Shown: positions 28,210 to 42,065 of the stretch, in pieces
Layout of the letters: each line of letters opens with the position of its first letter
How positions within the stretch are numbered: position 1 is the stretch's first letter
Assembly (NCBI RefSeq): GCF_009914755.1
Contig: NC_060928.1
DNA from: the human T2T-CHM13v2.0 reference genome, Homo sapiens
Direction: 5' to 3' (one strand)
Length of the DNA: 64,000 nucleotides
Program-made: the position numbers and the translations under genes
The notes under the pieces: generated by a model
The model's input: only the letters and a program-made list of their open reading frames with translations
The model's database searches: none
Told to the model about the DNA's origin: nothing

Positions 28210-28707
28210 TGTATTAATCATGCCTTTTTAAATTTTCTGATGTTTTACTATTTGCTAATCCTGGAGAGACTGTTCCTCCCAGGGCTAGCCAATTCCTAGA
28301 GATAGTAAAGGTCTTATCAACAAACATACCTTGCATAAGTAAACTCACCAACCCAGAGCCCTTATCCCACAACTACCTCCTTTATCAAGCTCTTATTACT
28401 TCCAGGCCACTATCCCCCTGCCCTACTACCCTAGGGCCAGATATCAAACAAGTAGGAACGGCCCTATGCCTGAGTTCACTGAAATTATTCAAACTAGCCA
28501 CTCCCAAGCCTGCTTACCTCACCTTTTTCTTCCCATGGAAACCGCCTCCTGACCTATACTGGTGTTTCCCCATGTGGCCCTTCATCACATGGCATGCCCC
28601 CTCTTCTTGGGGAACTGTGAGTAATAAAGTATCTTTTCAATGGCAGTCCTCTCCTGATCTGTTGGCTGTGCACATCTGAATAACAGTAAAACCCACATGT
28701 TAAAACA
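28210..28707 (+). mobile_element. MER74-like ERVL solo LTR
   Basis: tgtattaatcatg...cccagggctagccaattcctagagatag...taaaaca; near-TSD cctga/cctgg. Confidence 0.7.
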
Positions 28708-28985
28708 CCTGGATCTTAGTGTTCCCATGAGGGATAGAGACAAAAAAGGTGCTTCTCTAACAGTGTAAACAATCTGTGGAATAGATTTCTTAAAATTAAT
28801 AACATATTGATGATATGCTTTTCTGTCTTTTTATAAAAGCATTTCAAACTGGCATAGTTTTTACTTCACCATAGCATTTTATGCTTTCTACATACAAAGC
28901 ATATTTTTATATAATTTAGTTTCTTCAAGATTATCTTACTCTTAATATTTAGAATGATGACTAATTCCTTTTTTTTCTATTTCAG

Positions 28986-29016
28986 TGAACAATTCAAGAA
29001 AACTTTATCATACAAG
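28986..29016 (+). CDS. GSTCD: GSTCD 31-nt coding exon: (S)EQFKKTLSYK
   Basis: Long T-tract plus ttcag acceptor and AAG|gtaacc donor; phase 2 to 0 restores the frame between the flanking exons. Confidence 0.92.
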
Positions 29017-29202
29017 GTAACCTTAAAAAGATCTAGATATCATCCTAATACACTTTTTATCCTTTATATTTTTCCCTCTCATATTTCTAGTGGAGTAAAT
29101 AATCTATAGTTATAATTGAATAACTCATGAATGTCTAATATGGGTTTCTTTTTCTCTTTCTTTTGCAAATCCAGATTAACTCTTCAAGTAGGTAACAAGA
29201 TT

Positions 29203-29795
29203 TGTGAAGGGTCTGAGATTTTAACTCTACTTGCAGTCTAACAAGTTAGCCTGCCCAGTGGATGCTGGCAGAAGATATGAGACCCCTAAGTCAGAGACAA
29301 AAGACAGTTTGTTGCTCATGGCAATAGTGGTAGCCACAATACCATTGTTTTCACACTGACTCTCTATGGCCCAATTCCCACAGGGCAGAAGCAAATGGGC
29401 CAGGTAACACCTGCCCTTTTGTTCCAGAGGGAGAAACTATATATTTTCCAAGGCTGTTTACTCTGTAAACGTGCTTGAAAAGATAATCTATAACAGAGGA
29501 AAATTCTTTTGTAAAAGGTCAGATAGTAAATATTTTAGGCTATGCTGGCCATAACAAATCTCCAAGTATTCCTCTCATTGTCCTTGACATTCTTATTGTT
29601 TTTGTTGTTGGTTTACAACTCTTTAAATATATAAAAACTTTCTTAATTCACAAGCCACACAAAAACTGGTCATAGGCTAGACTTGGCCTGTGGGCCAAAC
29701 CTTGCTGACCATTGGTCTGGAACAAAGACAGTCAGTGTCTCTGCTTGTAAAACATGAAGAAACACAAGAGACCCACAGAGAATTGTCTTCCAAAA
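29203..29795 (-). mobile_element. ERVL-type LTR (LTR47-like) interrupted by a MER58 hAT-Charlie element (about 29493-29714)
   Basis: LTR terminus tgtgaagggtctgagatttt; MER58 hallmarks gtaaaaggtcagatagtaaatattttaggct and ttggcctgtgggcc. Confidence 0.6.
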
Positions 29796-30480
29796 GTAGT
29801 CAGAACATACATAGTTTTTAGTCACCAATCTGATCAAAACAGTTTCTAGCTTCCTAAACATCACCACTATCCAATTAACTGGTCAATAGCATGATATAAT
29901 ACAATTTAAGAAATGATAATATTTGAGAAAAATATATAAATAATTCCATTAGAAGTTGACAAATTCATTTGGATTCTTAGTTAATGCCACTTTTTGCACA
30001 GACTCACTAAAAACATAGTCTCCTTTTATATACCAGCCCCTATATTTTAGGACTTTTACTTTCTCTTCCATCAAACAGTTGAAATATAGTGAGGTATAGT
30101 GACCTAAAAATGTTCATTGTTACCACATCAGCAGCTGTATCTCCTTCATTCCTGCTTTATAACTCAAATGCCCACTTCCAGCTCTGTCTCTTACCACCTT
30201 ATGTGCTACTCACACCTTCCCCTCTTCCTACCAACCCCGCACCCTGTACAAATATGCACAGATATGGAAAGGGGAGAACTTTTAGTGTTCATGCTTTCAG
30301 CCAAAACCACAACATTGCTGGCCTTCACCTACTAGATTAAAAGTTTACATATTTTAGGAAACTGTATGATTTTGGAAGAAACATTAGGACCCAAGAAACT
30401 TTATTTGCATAACATTCAAAACATCTCACCTTTCTTTCACAAGGCTATGTCAATAAAGTAGAAAATAAATTGAGAAAACA

Positions 30481-30843
30481 GCCCAGGTGCAGTGGCTCAC
30501 GCCTGTAAACCCAGCACTTTGGGAGGCCAAGGCAGGCAGATCACTTGAGAACAGAGTTCAAGACCAGCCTGACCAACATGGTGAAACCCTGTTTCTACTA
30601 AAAATACAAAAATTAGCTGGGTGTGGTGACACACACCTGTAATCTCAATTACTCAGGAGGCTGAAGCACGAGAATTGATTGAGATCAGGAGGCAGAGGTT
30701 GCAGTGAGCTGAGATTGTGCCATTGCATTCCCATTTCAGCCCGGGTGAGAGAGTGATACTCTGTCTCAAGAAAAGAGAGAGAGAGAGAGGAGAGAAGAAA
30801 GAGAGGAGAAGAAAAGAAAGGAAAAGGAAAGAAAAGAAAAAAG
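30481..30843 (+). mobile_element. Alu with purine-only (GA/GAAAA)n tail
   Basis: Dimeric Alu; near-TSD ttg(a/g)gaaaaca. Confidence 0.93.
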
Positions 30844-32160
30844 AACTTGGGAAAACAAAAACTAGACCCCTGTTTCTAATCCCTCCTTTGAGTGATGCTA
30901 GTTAAACCAAACAATGAAAGGATGTATGGAAAAAATCAAGGGTGGTGAAGAGATAGGCTGCCCATGGTCTCCTGGCTAGAAAAGAATGTAAAATTTCTAC
31001 AGTAGGGACAGGGCACACAGAGTCTTTCAGAAAGCAGAAACTCCCCAGTACACCAGTCATAACCTTTATCTACTCTTTCTCCAACACCCCCAAAAGCTGC
31101 TTGGCCTTTTGAAGGCCTCAGAACTTTGTGCCAAAGTATCTTGAGACTCACTTTGGAAGTGTTTTTCTCTGCAGTTCAATTTAGACAGCAACCTTTACTG
31201 AGTACCTACCATGTGCCTTGCCCTTTCAGAACTTGATTTTGACCAAAGAGAACATACACACAAATAATTCCAATAAAATATGGTGAGACTTATCAGTACA
31301 AGAGAACTGAATCTTACCTGAGATTGCGATTGCCTTGACATTACCATTATATAAAATGAATCTTAATTTACAAACACCATGAGGACAAAGTGCACACTGT
31401 TTCTTCAAATCATGTAATTCTAAATTTTCCTTCTCTCCTTTCGTTGATGCCTGTTAGTTTGTGGGGAGTTAAAGTTATTCATTGAAACCATTTTATTAGT
31501 TTCTCACCCATTGTCATGAAATTTTATAGTGAGCATTAAAATGTTTTTTTTAAGCATACAAGTTTAGACAAAGATATCCCTTTTAAAAAACCAACATTGC
31601 CACAATCATTTCACTTATTAAAAATGGAGGCTTCAAATTTAATGTACAGAATACTAAAGGAACAAATGATGAATCTGAATTTAACCTGTTTGCTAAGCTG
31701 ACAGGTGAGATTATGTACACACTTAGAAACAACAGCTGTTCTGAATGAACAGTTGTCGTGGGATCATTGCTTCATTTCAACTCTGCCTAATCACTCACTT
31801 TTGGCTACATGCAGATTTAAGAGTACTGTGCAAAATCATCAACTCTGCTTTTAAAGCCTTCTTTTCTTTTTCATTAATGCACTCTTTTCTAAGACTGTTA
31901 AGCAGAAGTAATAATCAGGTCCTTACCTCAGGCCGTCTTTACAGTTTGTCTTAAGGCAGAAAGGGATACACTTCCTGCAGCCTTTTGGAGTGAGAGAAAG
32001 AAATCAAGCTTCTTTCCTCTAAAAGGACTAAGTGAAGGGAAGAGTCAGGAAAAGCCAAGAACTAGCTACCACCCTGCTGGATATCCCAGAAAACTACAGA
32101 AGCCACACAGTGATCTGCATTGCTTCCTTTTCCTCTGATAGAATGAAAAGCCACTTAGCA

Positions 32161-32561
<401 letters not shown>

Positions 32562-32676
32562 TTAATTTAACACATAATAGCAAAATGTAACCATATTTTT
32601 ATATTTCAGCTAAAAGCAACTGGGCAAAATGACCCCGAGGATTTTCTGTGCATCTATTCTTAAGAGCTACATCTGG

Positions 32677-32990
32677 GCCAGCTGGGCATGGTGGCTCATA
32701 CCTGTTAATCACAGGACTTTGGAAGGCTGAGGTGGGCAGATCACCTAAGGCCAGGAGTCCGAGACCAGCCTGGCCAACATGGTGAAACCCCGTTTCTATT
32801 GAAAAAAAAATACAAAAAATACAAAAAATTAGCCAGATGTGGTGGCATGTGCCTGTAGTCCCAACTACACGGAGGCTGAGGCATGAGAATCACTGGGAGT
32901 CTGGGAGACGAAGGTTGCAGTGAGCCAAGATTGCGCCACTGCACTCCAGCCTGGGCGACGGCGAGACTGTCTCAAAACAAAACAAAAAAA
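32677..32990 (+). mobile_element. AluS
   Basis: Dimeric Alu with an expanded linker (aaaaaatac x2) and (CAAAA)n tail. Confidence 0.93.
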
Positions 32991-33191
32991 TACAGTGTAC
33001 TTGAAGGGAAGAAATTATTAAGTACCATCTTCTGAAAGTTTACTTTTTTCAAAAATACTATTTGTGCAGTACTTTATTCAGTTAAACAATGTTGAACTCC
33101 AGAAAAATGAGGTAGTTTTTTTGGTGGTTGTTTTTATAACTTTGAAGCAGAAGATAAAAATAAACCCACATTCTATTGCTTTTTCTTTTAG

Positions 33192-33261
33192 GAACACATG
33201 ATTCTGTGCAGATTTGCAGACCAGACAGCTGTCCAGCTCCCACCCCAACGAAGGCTCATAG
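33192..33261 (+). CDS. GSTCD: GSTCD coding exon: EHMILCRFADQTAVQLPPQRRLI(G)
   Basis: ttttcttttag acceptor and TAG|gtatgt donor; 70 nt, phase 0 to 1. Confidence 0.95.
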
Positions 33262-33819
33262 GTATGTGTTTTCACAGAGCAGCTGTTGAGTGTATTATGC
33301 ACAATATGACTGGGAATGATTGGACCAAGTCTATATGGGAAAAATTTAGCAACATGAAGTCTATTTTTCAATGAGAAACTAAATATGTTCTTCCCAAAAA
33401 AACTTAATTCATATTGAAAAGGGTATTGTAACTATAACATTTTATCCTATTTTGGTTAACTTTAATACTTTTAAATGTATTTTGAATGTTTGTACATTGA
33501 GTAGAATTCTTACATTAAATCTCTTACTGTTATGAACAAACTGCAAGATCTATCAAAAGCCATAAAAGAAAATAATAAAGATTAAAAAGTCAACTATATA
33601 TACCAAAATTGATGCATTATAAAATGTATACACAGGGATGATAATGTTTTCTTTCTCAGGAAAAAGGATACTTGTGTATTATTTATCATAGATGAATTTG
33701 TTTGACAATATTAAATATTACCTAAATTGGAAGACCACAGAAACATTTCAAGTTTAATAAGTAATTGATTTATTGAAGACATCACTTTAGAAAAAACAAT
33801 CACATTTAAAAGAATAATA

Positions 33820-34055
33820 GCAGTTAATAGTTATACATTTAAGCACTGAGCTAAATGCTCTTGACTGTTATCTTGGTAAATTCTTACAAATATACATATG
33901 GGGTAGGTACTATTATTTACATTTTAATGATAAGAAAACTGAGACAAAAGCTTTCCTGGGGTCCCTCATCTGGTAGATGATGGAGCTATACTATGAACCC
34001 AACTTATTTGATTCTGGACATGAAGTTCTTGTCCACCTTAGTTACTGCTTCCCAG
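33820..34055 (-). mobile_element. MIR SINE
   Basis: ggtaggtactattatt...gataagaaaactgagac. Confidence 0.7.
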
Positions 34056-34536
34056 CATACTGGTGTCATATCAGGGTTTAAGATAAGTGGGTTCAGTCAA
34101 AACTAATCTTAAAATTATTCAGAGAAACCCAACATTGGACACCATTATATTTTTTCTCTAAATTTACAATGTAGCCCCTTTTCCTCCATGATATACTAGA
34201 AAACAGATTGTTGTTTCTTTGGCTGAGCACCAGATGAAGCTGTTAGCTTACATTCAGAGACCAAGTCGTATGAGAAATCCTTATCTTTAAACTCTAAAAT
34301 CAAAGGCAGCATAGCAAGATGCTCACACTTGGAGACCTGAGACCTGAGACTCAAGGAGTAAGTGATTCCTTCTCTTTCTCACTCTCTGCAGCATAAACAT
34401 TTGGAAAGAACTCATTCTCTCTTGCCTGCAACCTCTTTGTCTTTCAATGCCTTTCCTTCTTGCTCCTCCTTTTCCCATCTCCAACACTTTGAATTAATCA
34501 AATACACATTTGATGAGACTCCACTCACTAGACCCA

Positions 34537-34920
34537 TGTCTTAGTCTGTTTTGCACTGCTATAACACAATACCATAGACTGGGTAATTCATAATGAACAA
34601 ATTTTTATTTGGCTCACATTTCTGAAGGCTAGGAAGTCCAAGATCAAGGGGCTGGCATCTGGTGAGGGTCTTCTTCCTGCATCATAACATGATGAAAGGC
34701 ATCACATGGCAAGAGAGAGAGCAAGAGAAGGCTGAACTTGTCCTTTTATAAGGAACCCACACTCTAGATAATGAACCCACTACCATGATAATGGTATTAA
34801 TTCATTCACTCCACCCTCTTGGCCTAATGACCTCACATTAGGCCCCACTTCCTAACACTGTTGCATTGCAGATTCAGTTTCCAACACATGCTTTCTGGAG
34901 GACACATTCAAATGATAGCA
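34537..34920 (-). mobile_element. MaLR solo LTR (MSTD/MLT1A-like)
   Basis: tgtcttagtc...gatagca, 384 bp; near-TSD accca/atcca. Confidence 0.85.
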
Positions 34921-36567
34921 ATCCAATGAAGACATAATTAGTATGGTGGATGGATGGGTACATGGTAGATGTGTGTTTTAGGTATCAAACTAAAGGGGAG
35001 TATCTGGCAGGGAAGTTGCTAGAGTGGTGGGGGTGGGGGTGGGCATTTGGCAATGGGAAGAACGGGGGGAATCACATTGAGAGAAAGCTGTCACGTCTAC
35101 ATCTCTGCTTTACACAGGCCATTCCTCCCCAGGCCCACAAAGGTAGACTATCAGCAGCTAAATTTCAGTTGTAGAGACACTTCAACATGTGAAAACATGA
35201 AATTCTTCTACATAATGGAAAAGGAAAAATTAACTGGACTGGGATCAAAGCCAAGGGTAGATGAGCTCAATGTAAACCCTGGGTGGGTACTTAAGGAATG
35301 TAGAGCATCCCATTCTGACACAGAATGTTTCATTTTAAGCTAAAAAGTAGATGGGAGAAACATTTACAGATGTCTTAAAGGAAAGACAATATTTTAAGGG
35401 AAAAAAAAGAATGTCGGCCATAAGGCTGTTAATGAAGAAGGGATGATTTTGCCTAAATGGAATTCTGGACATCTCTTTTTATATCATTTCTAACCCAGTT
35501 TATTCTTTGTGGGATGGGCTCTTTTAAGGAAAATGTACAAAATAAACATTTTAAATGTGAGTCTCTCATTGCTAATTCTTACCTACTGATTTCACCTTCC
35601 ACTGTTTTTTTCTGTGAGGATTCTGTTGTTCATAGAACTTTTCTATTTTGGTGATCTGTCTTCATTTCTGAAGTTGTTTTAGTTTATCAGTTTCCACTGT
35701 CATTCAATGTTTAGCCATTATTATAATTGTTTAGGAAAAATATAATGAAGTTCTGCATAGTCAGTAATCTTTTTCCAGGGGGTTGAAGAAGCTTATATAT
35801 TGAATTTAAAGCAATTGAAAGTATAAAAGTAAATCATGGCTTTGAATATATTCAGCCCCAAATCATTTTTCCCAAGCTACTTTTGAAGTTTGTGTTTGCC
35901 AAAGGAAAACAAATTAACTGCTTTTCTTGCCAGTCAGGTTTCCTTTTTTGTCTTCCAAAGATTGTAAATGAAATACAATACCACTATTTTGTAGAGGGAC
36001 AGGAGCTCAGAAAATTAAGAGTATACTACACTCAACATTACATTTCCACCTGAAATAAAAGGCATGTAATTGAGAATTTTCTTAAATATTTTTCATTTCT
36101 CACTTCTTCATAGCCCTAAAAAACTTCAGCTGGAAAAGCTAATGTCTTTCAGACACCACTTAATCAGCATGTTATTTTAAATATTCTTAAAGACAAATTT
36201 TTTTTCCACATTACAGATAATCTAGTTTTATAGGGAAAGCAGAGAAAAGGTCTTTAAATGTATTTTTAACCAAAGTAGGAAATACAGTCTGAGGCTCTAA
36301 TTTGAGATTTGCTTATAAATACATCTGAAAAGGTTAACATTCTTTAAATTATTAGCAGAGGCAAATATATGAAGTGCCATGTTTTTGTCACCATCATCTT
36401 TCCACATTGATCAAGAAGTAAATTGAAAGAAACTAAACAAGACTTAGGGGTACAAAGCATGCTCCATAGTACTTGCAGATTTTGTCACTATATAGATTCC
36501 CTTAAACAAACTGAAACTGTCCTGCTAGTGAAAGGGTGTCTCATGATACCATTTGACTGTGTTTCAG

Positions 36568-36704
36568 GAAAACAGTGCATGTGCTTGGTGGATCTGGATC
36601 GAGCAAGAGCTGCAGAAGAATGTGGATACTCCGTTCAAGTGATATCCATGGAGCCAGAGAGCTGCTCTCCCAAAAATAACATGATTGTGGGAGTCCCCAT
36701 TTAA
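36568..36704 (+). CDS. GSTCD: GSTCD terminal coding exon: (G)KQCMCLVDLDRARAAEECGYSVQVISMEPESCSPKNNMIVGVPI*
   Basis: gtttcag acceptor; in frame with the previous exon; TAA stop at 36702-36704. This is the 3' part of track ORF 36423..36704. Confidence 0.95.
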
Positions 36705-37263
36705 AATGAGATATTCACATTTGATATTTTGCCATCCGTCTTCACGTTGGATGCCCAGTGGCATTCAGGAGGTTCTTGGCATAACTAGGAAACAGCATTA
36801 GCCATCTTGAACCTATTGTGCTCAGGAAGGAAAGCAACAGGGAAATCTTGGAAGTAAAGGCTCCCTGCAAAGCATCACAAATGCTTTACAATGTGTGATT
36901 AAAGGACTGCTGGTTTTTATAGTGAGAATCCCCTGAAGTCTCAGCTGCCAAAAGAATAATACTAGTGGAGGTTCCATCACAGGAATAACAATTTCCTTCT
37001 CACTTCACAAGCTCCTCTGATCTTGCCAATGTGATGTTTAATTCAAAACAGCGCACTTACAGCCTTTATTTTATACTTATTTAGATATTCACATGGGAAC
37101 TGAAAGTAGACTCAGTGGAGTTTTTTGTTTTTTATATTTTTAACAATTGTACTTTTTCTATCACTTTAAAAAAATCTAGTCAGGTAATTATAGTACAGTT
37201 ATTTTTAAGCTGGGGTTAGTTGAACTTGTATAGCATTTAATATACTCCTTTTAAATATATTTC

Positions 37264-37521
37264 TGCCAGGCATGGTGGCTCATGCCTATAATCCCAGCAC
37301 TTTGAGAGGCCAAGGTGGGAGGATCATTTGAGCCCAGGATATCGAGACCAGCCTGCACTACAAAAAAATCCAAAAAATGAGGTGGGAGGATCACTTGAGC
37401 CCAGGAAGTCAAGGCTGCAGTGAGCCTTGATAGCGCCACTGCACTCCTGCCTGGGAAAACGAGACCCAGACTCAAAATAAATCAATGAATGAATTAATAA
37501 ACAAATAAATAAATAAATAAA
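37264..37521 (+). mobile_element. AluJ-like element with internal deletion, in the GSTCD 3' UTR
   Basis: Left arm, shortened linker, partial right arm and (AATA)n tail. Confidence 0.9.
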
Positions 37522-37795
37522 TTTCCCATAAATTACCAAATGAGATTGTCACTGGTTCAAATTATTAAATAATTGCCATAAATTTCCTATTACGGGAATG
37601 TGGAATTTGGACATACATTTTAACAATAAGTACATTGATTAATACATTTAAGTTTATAAGTAATTATTGAGGATCCAGTATTTTCAAGACCTTGGCCTAG
37701 TTTCTTTTCAATTCAAAGATGAGTTGCAAAAGACATAATGTTTTGCCTATGGAAGTAGATCATCTAGAAGAAAAAGATTAAAGAATTAGTTAAGC

Positions 37796-38085
37796 TTTTT
37801 TTTTTTTTTTTTTTTGAGACAGAGTTTCACTCTTGTTGCCCAGGCTGGAATTCAGTGGCTCGATCTTGGCTCACCACAACCTCTGCATTCTCCTGCCTCA
37901 GCCTCCCGAGTAGCTAGGATTATAGGCACCTGCCACCATGCCCGGCTAATTTTGTTTGTAATTTTAGTAGAGATGGGGTTTCTCCATGTTGGCCAGGCTG
38001 GTTTCGAACTCCTGACCTCAGGTGATCTACCCGCCTCAGCCTCCCAAAGTGCTGAAATTACAGGCGTGAGCCACCTCACCTGGCC
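37796..38085 (-). mobile_element. AluS (Sq/Sp-like), antisense, in the predicted GSTCD 3' UTR
   Basis: T-tract then gagacagagtttcactcttgttgccc...tggcc; small internal deletion near 37887. Confidence 0.93.
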
Positions 38086-38559
38086 ATGTTCTTTATGGAA
38101 TACTACAATGTGTTGTCACAGGATTTGTTATTCAGATGTCAATCATTTTTATTTATATATTTCTGGGTAAAACTTATTAGTGGTGTGAGGAGTGCAGAAT
38201 ATGGAAGCTTACCTAAATTCTTTTTCTGCCAGCCAACATTTTAAAAGACAAATGATGCATCCTTTCTCAATGCTGCTAATTCTTTAAATTTTACATGTCC
38301 CAATTTATTCCATTTGAGATTTATTTTAATGTTTTCAACCCCTGTGTAACATGTATCATGAGGAGAAAGCACTATCATTGATCATCACTATGGATTAAAA
38401 TATAGGAATATTTTACAGGGCAGTATGGGTGGGGGTGGGAGACATATTGGAATCGTGTTTTCTGGGATAAAATTTTTAAAAAGAATTAATCATTAGCCCT
38501 GAGTATTTTAGTCATTTGTGCCTATAGAAAACAACATGCTCTTTTATTGTGGACTTTCT

Positions 38560-39470
38560 TCTTTTAAGTGAGGTTTAATTTATATACAATACAATAACAG
38601 ATTTTTAAGTATTCATTTGAGATGTTTTGACAACTGTATATATACATGTAACCATCACTGGAATCAGATATAGAATATTCCCCTTAAATATTGTCAGGTA
38701 AACACATTGAGAATATTTTTTCCAGTCTGTGGCTTACCTACTTATTTTCATAATGAATGTTTTACTTGTGATGAAGATTTAACTTACCCTTTTACTTTAA
38801 TGATTAATATTTTCTGTGTTCTTTCTAATAAATTTTACGAACTCTGAGGTTATAAGATTTCTCCTAAGATTTTTTTTGTAGAAACTTTATGATCCTAGCT
38901 TATTACATTTAGGTCTATGATCGATCTCAAATCAAACTCACATATAAAGGCAGGTAGGTTTTGAGGAATATATAGTTGTTTCAGCATCATTAAATAAAAA
39001 TCCCTTCCTCTCTTCATTGAACTGCCTTGGCACCTCAGTTGAAAATCAGTTCATCTATATGTATGGTTCTATTTCTGAATTCTCTAGTCTTTTCCATTAA
39101 TCTGTTTGTTTTGATTGCTGTAGCTTTATAGTAAATCTGGAAATCAGGTAGTTTGTCTCCCAATTTTATTTTTCATTCTCTAGATTATTTTGGCTGTCTG
39201 GATCCATTGTATCCCCAGATAAATCGTAGAATTGACTTATCAATTTCTTTTTAAAATTTTACCAAAAAAGCTTGCTGGGATTTTTGATATTGCCTGTTCT
39301 CTTTAGATCAATTTGAGGAAAATGAATGTCTTAACAAGATTGAATCTTATAATCTATGAAGATATCTTTGCATGTGTTTAGGTCTCCTTTAATTACTCAG
39401 AAACATTTTGTAATTTTCTGTGTAGAAGATTTGTTTTATTTATTATGATTTTATTTTTTTGATGTTATTA
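38560..39470 (-). mobile_element. Ancient L1M(E) fragments
   Basis: Decayed antisense ORF2/3' UTR motifs (tttaggtctatgatc, gtagctttatagtaaatc, tagatcaatttgagg). Confidence 0.6.
38827..38832 (+). terminator. Candidate distal polyadenylation signal AATAAA
   Basis: ctttctAATAAAttttacg with T/GT-rich sequence downstream; a second AATAAA lies at 38993-38998. Confidence 0.55.
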
Positions 39471-39719
39471 CCCTGAGCTTTTTACATGATGTTCCCTGTA
39501 TTTAGAATAACCTCCTTTTACCCCTCCCACTAGCTTAATGTCATTCATCCTTCTGCTCTGAGACTTGACCTCCCTGGAATTAGGTATCTGTTATAAAATG
39601 TCTACCATCCAGAGTAGTCTTCTCAGTCCTCCCGAGGTGACTCAAGGTACACCCCCCCACCACCACCACCAAAAACAAAAAGCCTATCTGATGAGTATGG
39701 AGAACAAAAATAGAATGGG

Positions 39720-40243
<524 letters not shown>

Positions 40244-40718
40244 TTACCCTCACCTTTGTCCATCAAATGCAAGGCTACTGCTCACTGATCTATCTCTCCG
40301 AAGGTTGTAATAATATTAGAAACCACAGCTCATCTTTCATTGACTTTTGAGCCTGACTCAGAAACAGGAGTATAATTATTAATGGCTAAACTACTTTATC
40401 TTATCTTGGGAGACAAATTTCAGTCATATTAGATATCAAAATATTTTCAGGGCACACATGCAAGATAATATGTAAATAACACCAATTAAACATTTAGTTT
40501 CATTCTATAGATTTTGGCTACAGGAGTTGCCCATTCCATGGTTCAAGAAAATTGCTATTAATAGAGCTTTCACATACTGAAACCTGTTTTTCTACTGACT
40601 TTCATAATGAAATTAGAGATGTTTCTGTAAAGTGATATAATGAAATTATAATAAAGTGATACATTTTTAAATTATAATTTGTTAAAAGAATACAAAAGTA
40701 GTTTGGAGTTTTTTAATA

Positions 40719-41001
40719 CTTTTTTTTCTTTTTGAGACAGGGTCTCACTCTGTTACCCAGGTGAACACGGCTCACTGCAGCCTCCACCTCTCTGAGCTCA
40801 AGTGATCCTCCTACCTCAGCCTCCAGAGTAGCAGGGACTACAGGCACATGCCACCACATCCAGCTAATTTTTGTATTTTTTTGTAGAGATGATGTTTCAT
40901 CATGTTGCCCAGGCTGGTTTCAAATACCTGGGCTCAACCAATCCGCCCACCTCAGCCTCTCAATGTGCTGGGATTACAGGTGTGAGTCACCGTAACTGGC
41001 C
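40719..41001 (-). mobile_element. AluJ
   Basis: Antisense Alu with J-type features and a short deletion. Confidence 0.9.
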
Positions 41002-41159
41002 AAATACACATTTTTAATTACAAAGAAATACATATTTGTTGTAGAAAGGAAGATGTGGCTAAACAAAAAGAAGAAAATTCTTAAATTCACGGTGTTAATA
41101 CTTTGTTGTATGCCTCCTAGACTTATTTTTTTTATAGACGCACACATTTGTTTTTATTC

Positions 41160-41292
41160 ATTTTTCATTTTATAGAGATAGGGGTCTCACCATGTTGCCC
41201 ACATTGGTCTTGAACTCCTGGGCTCAGGCAATCCTCCCACCTTGGCCTCCCAAAGTGCTAGGATTACAGGCATTAGCTACCTCACCTGGCCC
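41160..41292 (-). mobile_element. Alu monomer (FLAM-like)
   Basis: Single antisense left arm. Confidence 0.85.
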
Positions 41293-42065
41293 ACCCAGAT
41301 TTATTTAACAAACATTCATACAGTACTTAATATTTGCTAGGCACTATTCTAAACCCTTTACAAATAACTCATTTAGTCTTTTAAGTCTTTTTTCCTCGTA
41401 GTGACCCTATGAGCTAGAGACCATTAGTAATCCTATTTTACAGGAACTGAGGCTAAGTTTACACAATAAATGCAGACCTGGATTTGAACTCAGCCAGTAA
41501 TTGGTAGAACTAATATTCAAATTAAGGCTCTTTAGCCATCCTATCAGGATTGGCTGGGATAAACTATGATAACAAAATCTCTGTGTCTTTACCCAAGAAG
41601 GATGTATTTTTCATTCATACCACATATCTGTCCAAATTGCTATGACTACTTCACATTATCATCATACCATGACTTAGCCTGACTGGTTAGCCTCTACTGG
41701 GAACATAGCTGGTCTCCTGGCAAGGGAAAAATTGGCATGGCAAACTACCAGCTAGTTATTGAAGATTGAGCTCAGATGTGATACACATTACTTCCCTTAT
41801 TTTGTTGGCTAAAGTGAGTTATATAGTGCCTCCTGATATTAATAGGGTGGGGATATATAGCTTTATATAATAATATAACATGCCACCCACAATGTAGTTG
41901 AAGAAAGAAAGGGAAGGAGAGGATGAGGGGAAAAGACAAAAGTAAAAGACCATCATATATTCCAGTTTGGAAATAGAGTTCTTACATGCCATTGACTTGG
42001 TGTAGGGCATTCTCTCTAATCCATCAAAGAGAAGGAAGGCATGTGCTATAGGCATTTCCGGCTAT

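Larger units (their letters stand above)
36705..38855 (+). other. GSTCD: Predicted GSTCD 3' UTR (~2.1 kb)
   Basis: Follows the stop codon. The end is inferred from the AATAAA at 38827-38832 followed by T-rich sequence; the cleavage site itself cannot be seen. Confidence 0.6.

Noticed and set aside
36423-36567. 5' part of the 93-aa track ORF as a standalone gene
   Set aside because: It is intronic sequence that happens to be in frame; real coding starts at the splice acceptor at 36568.
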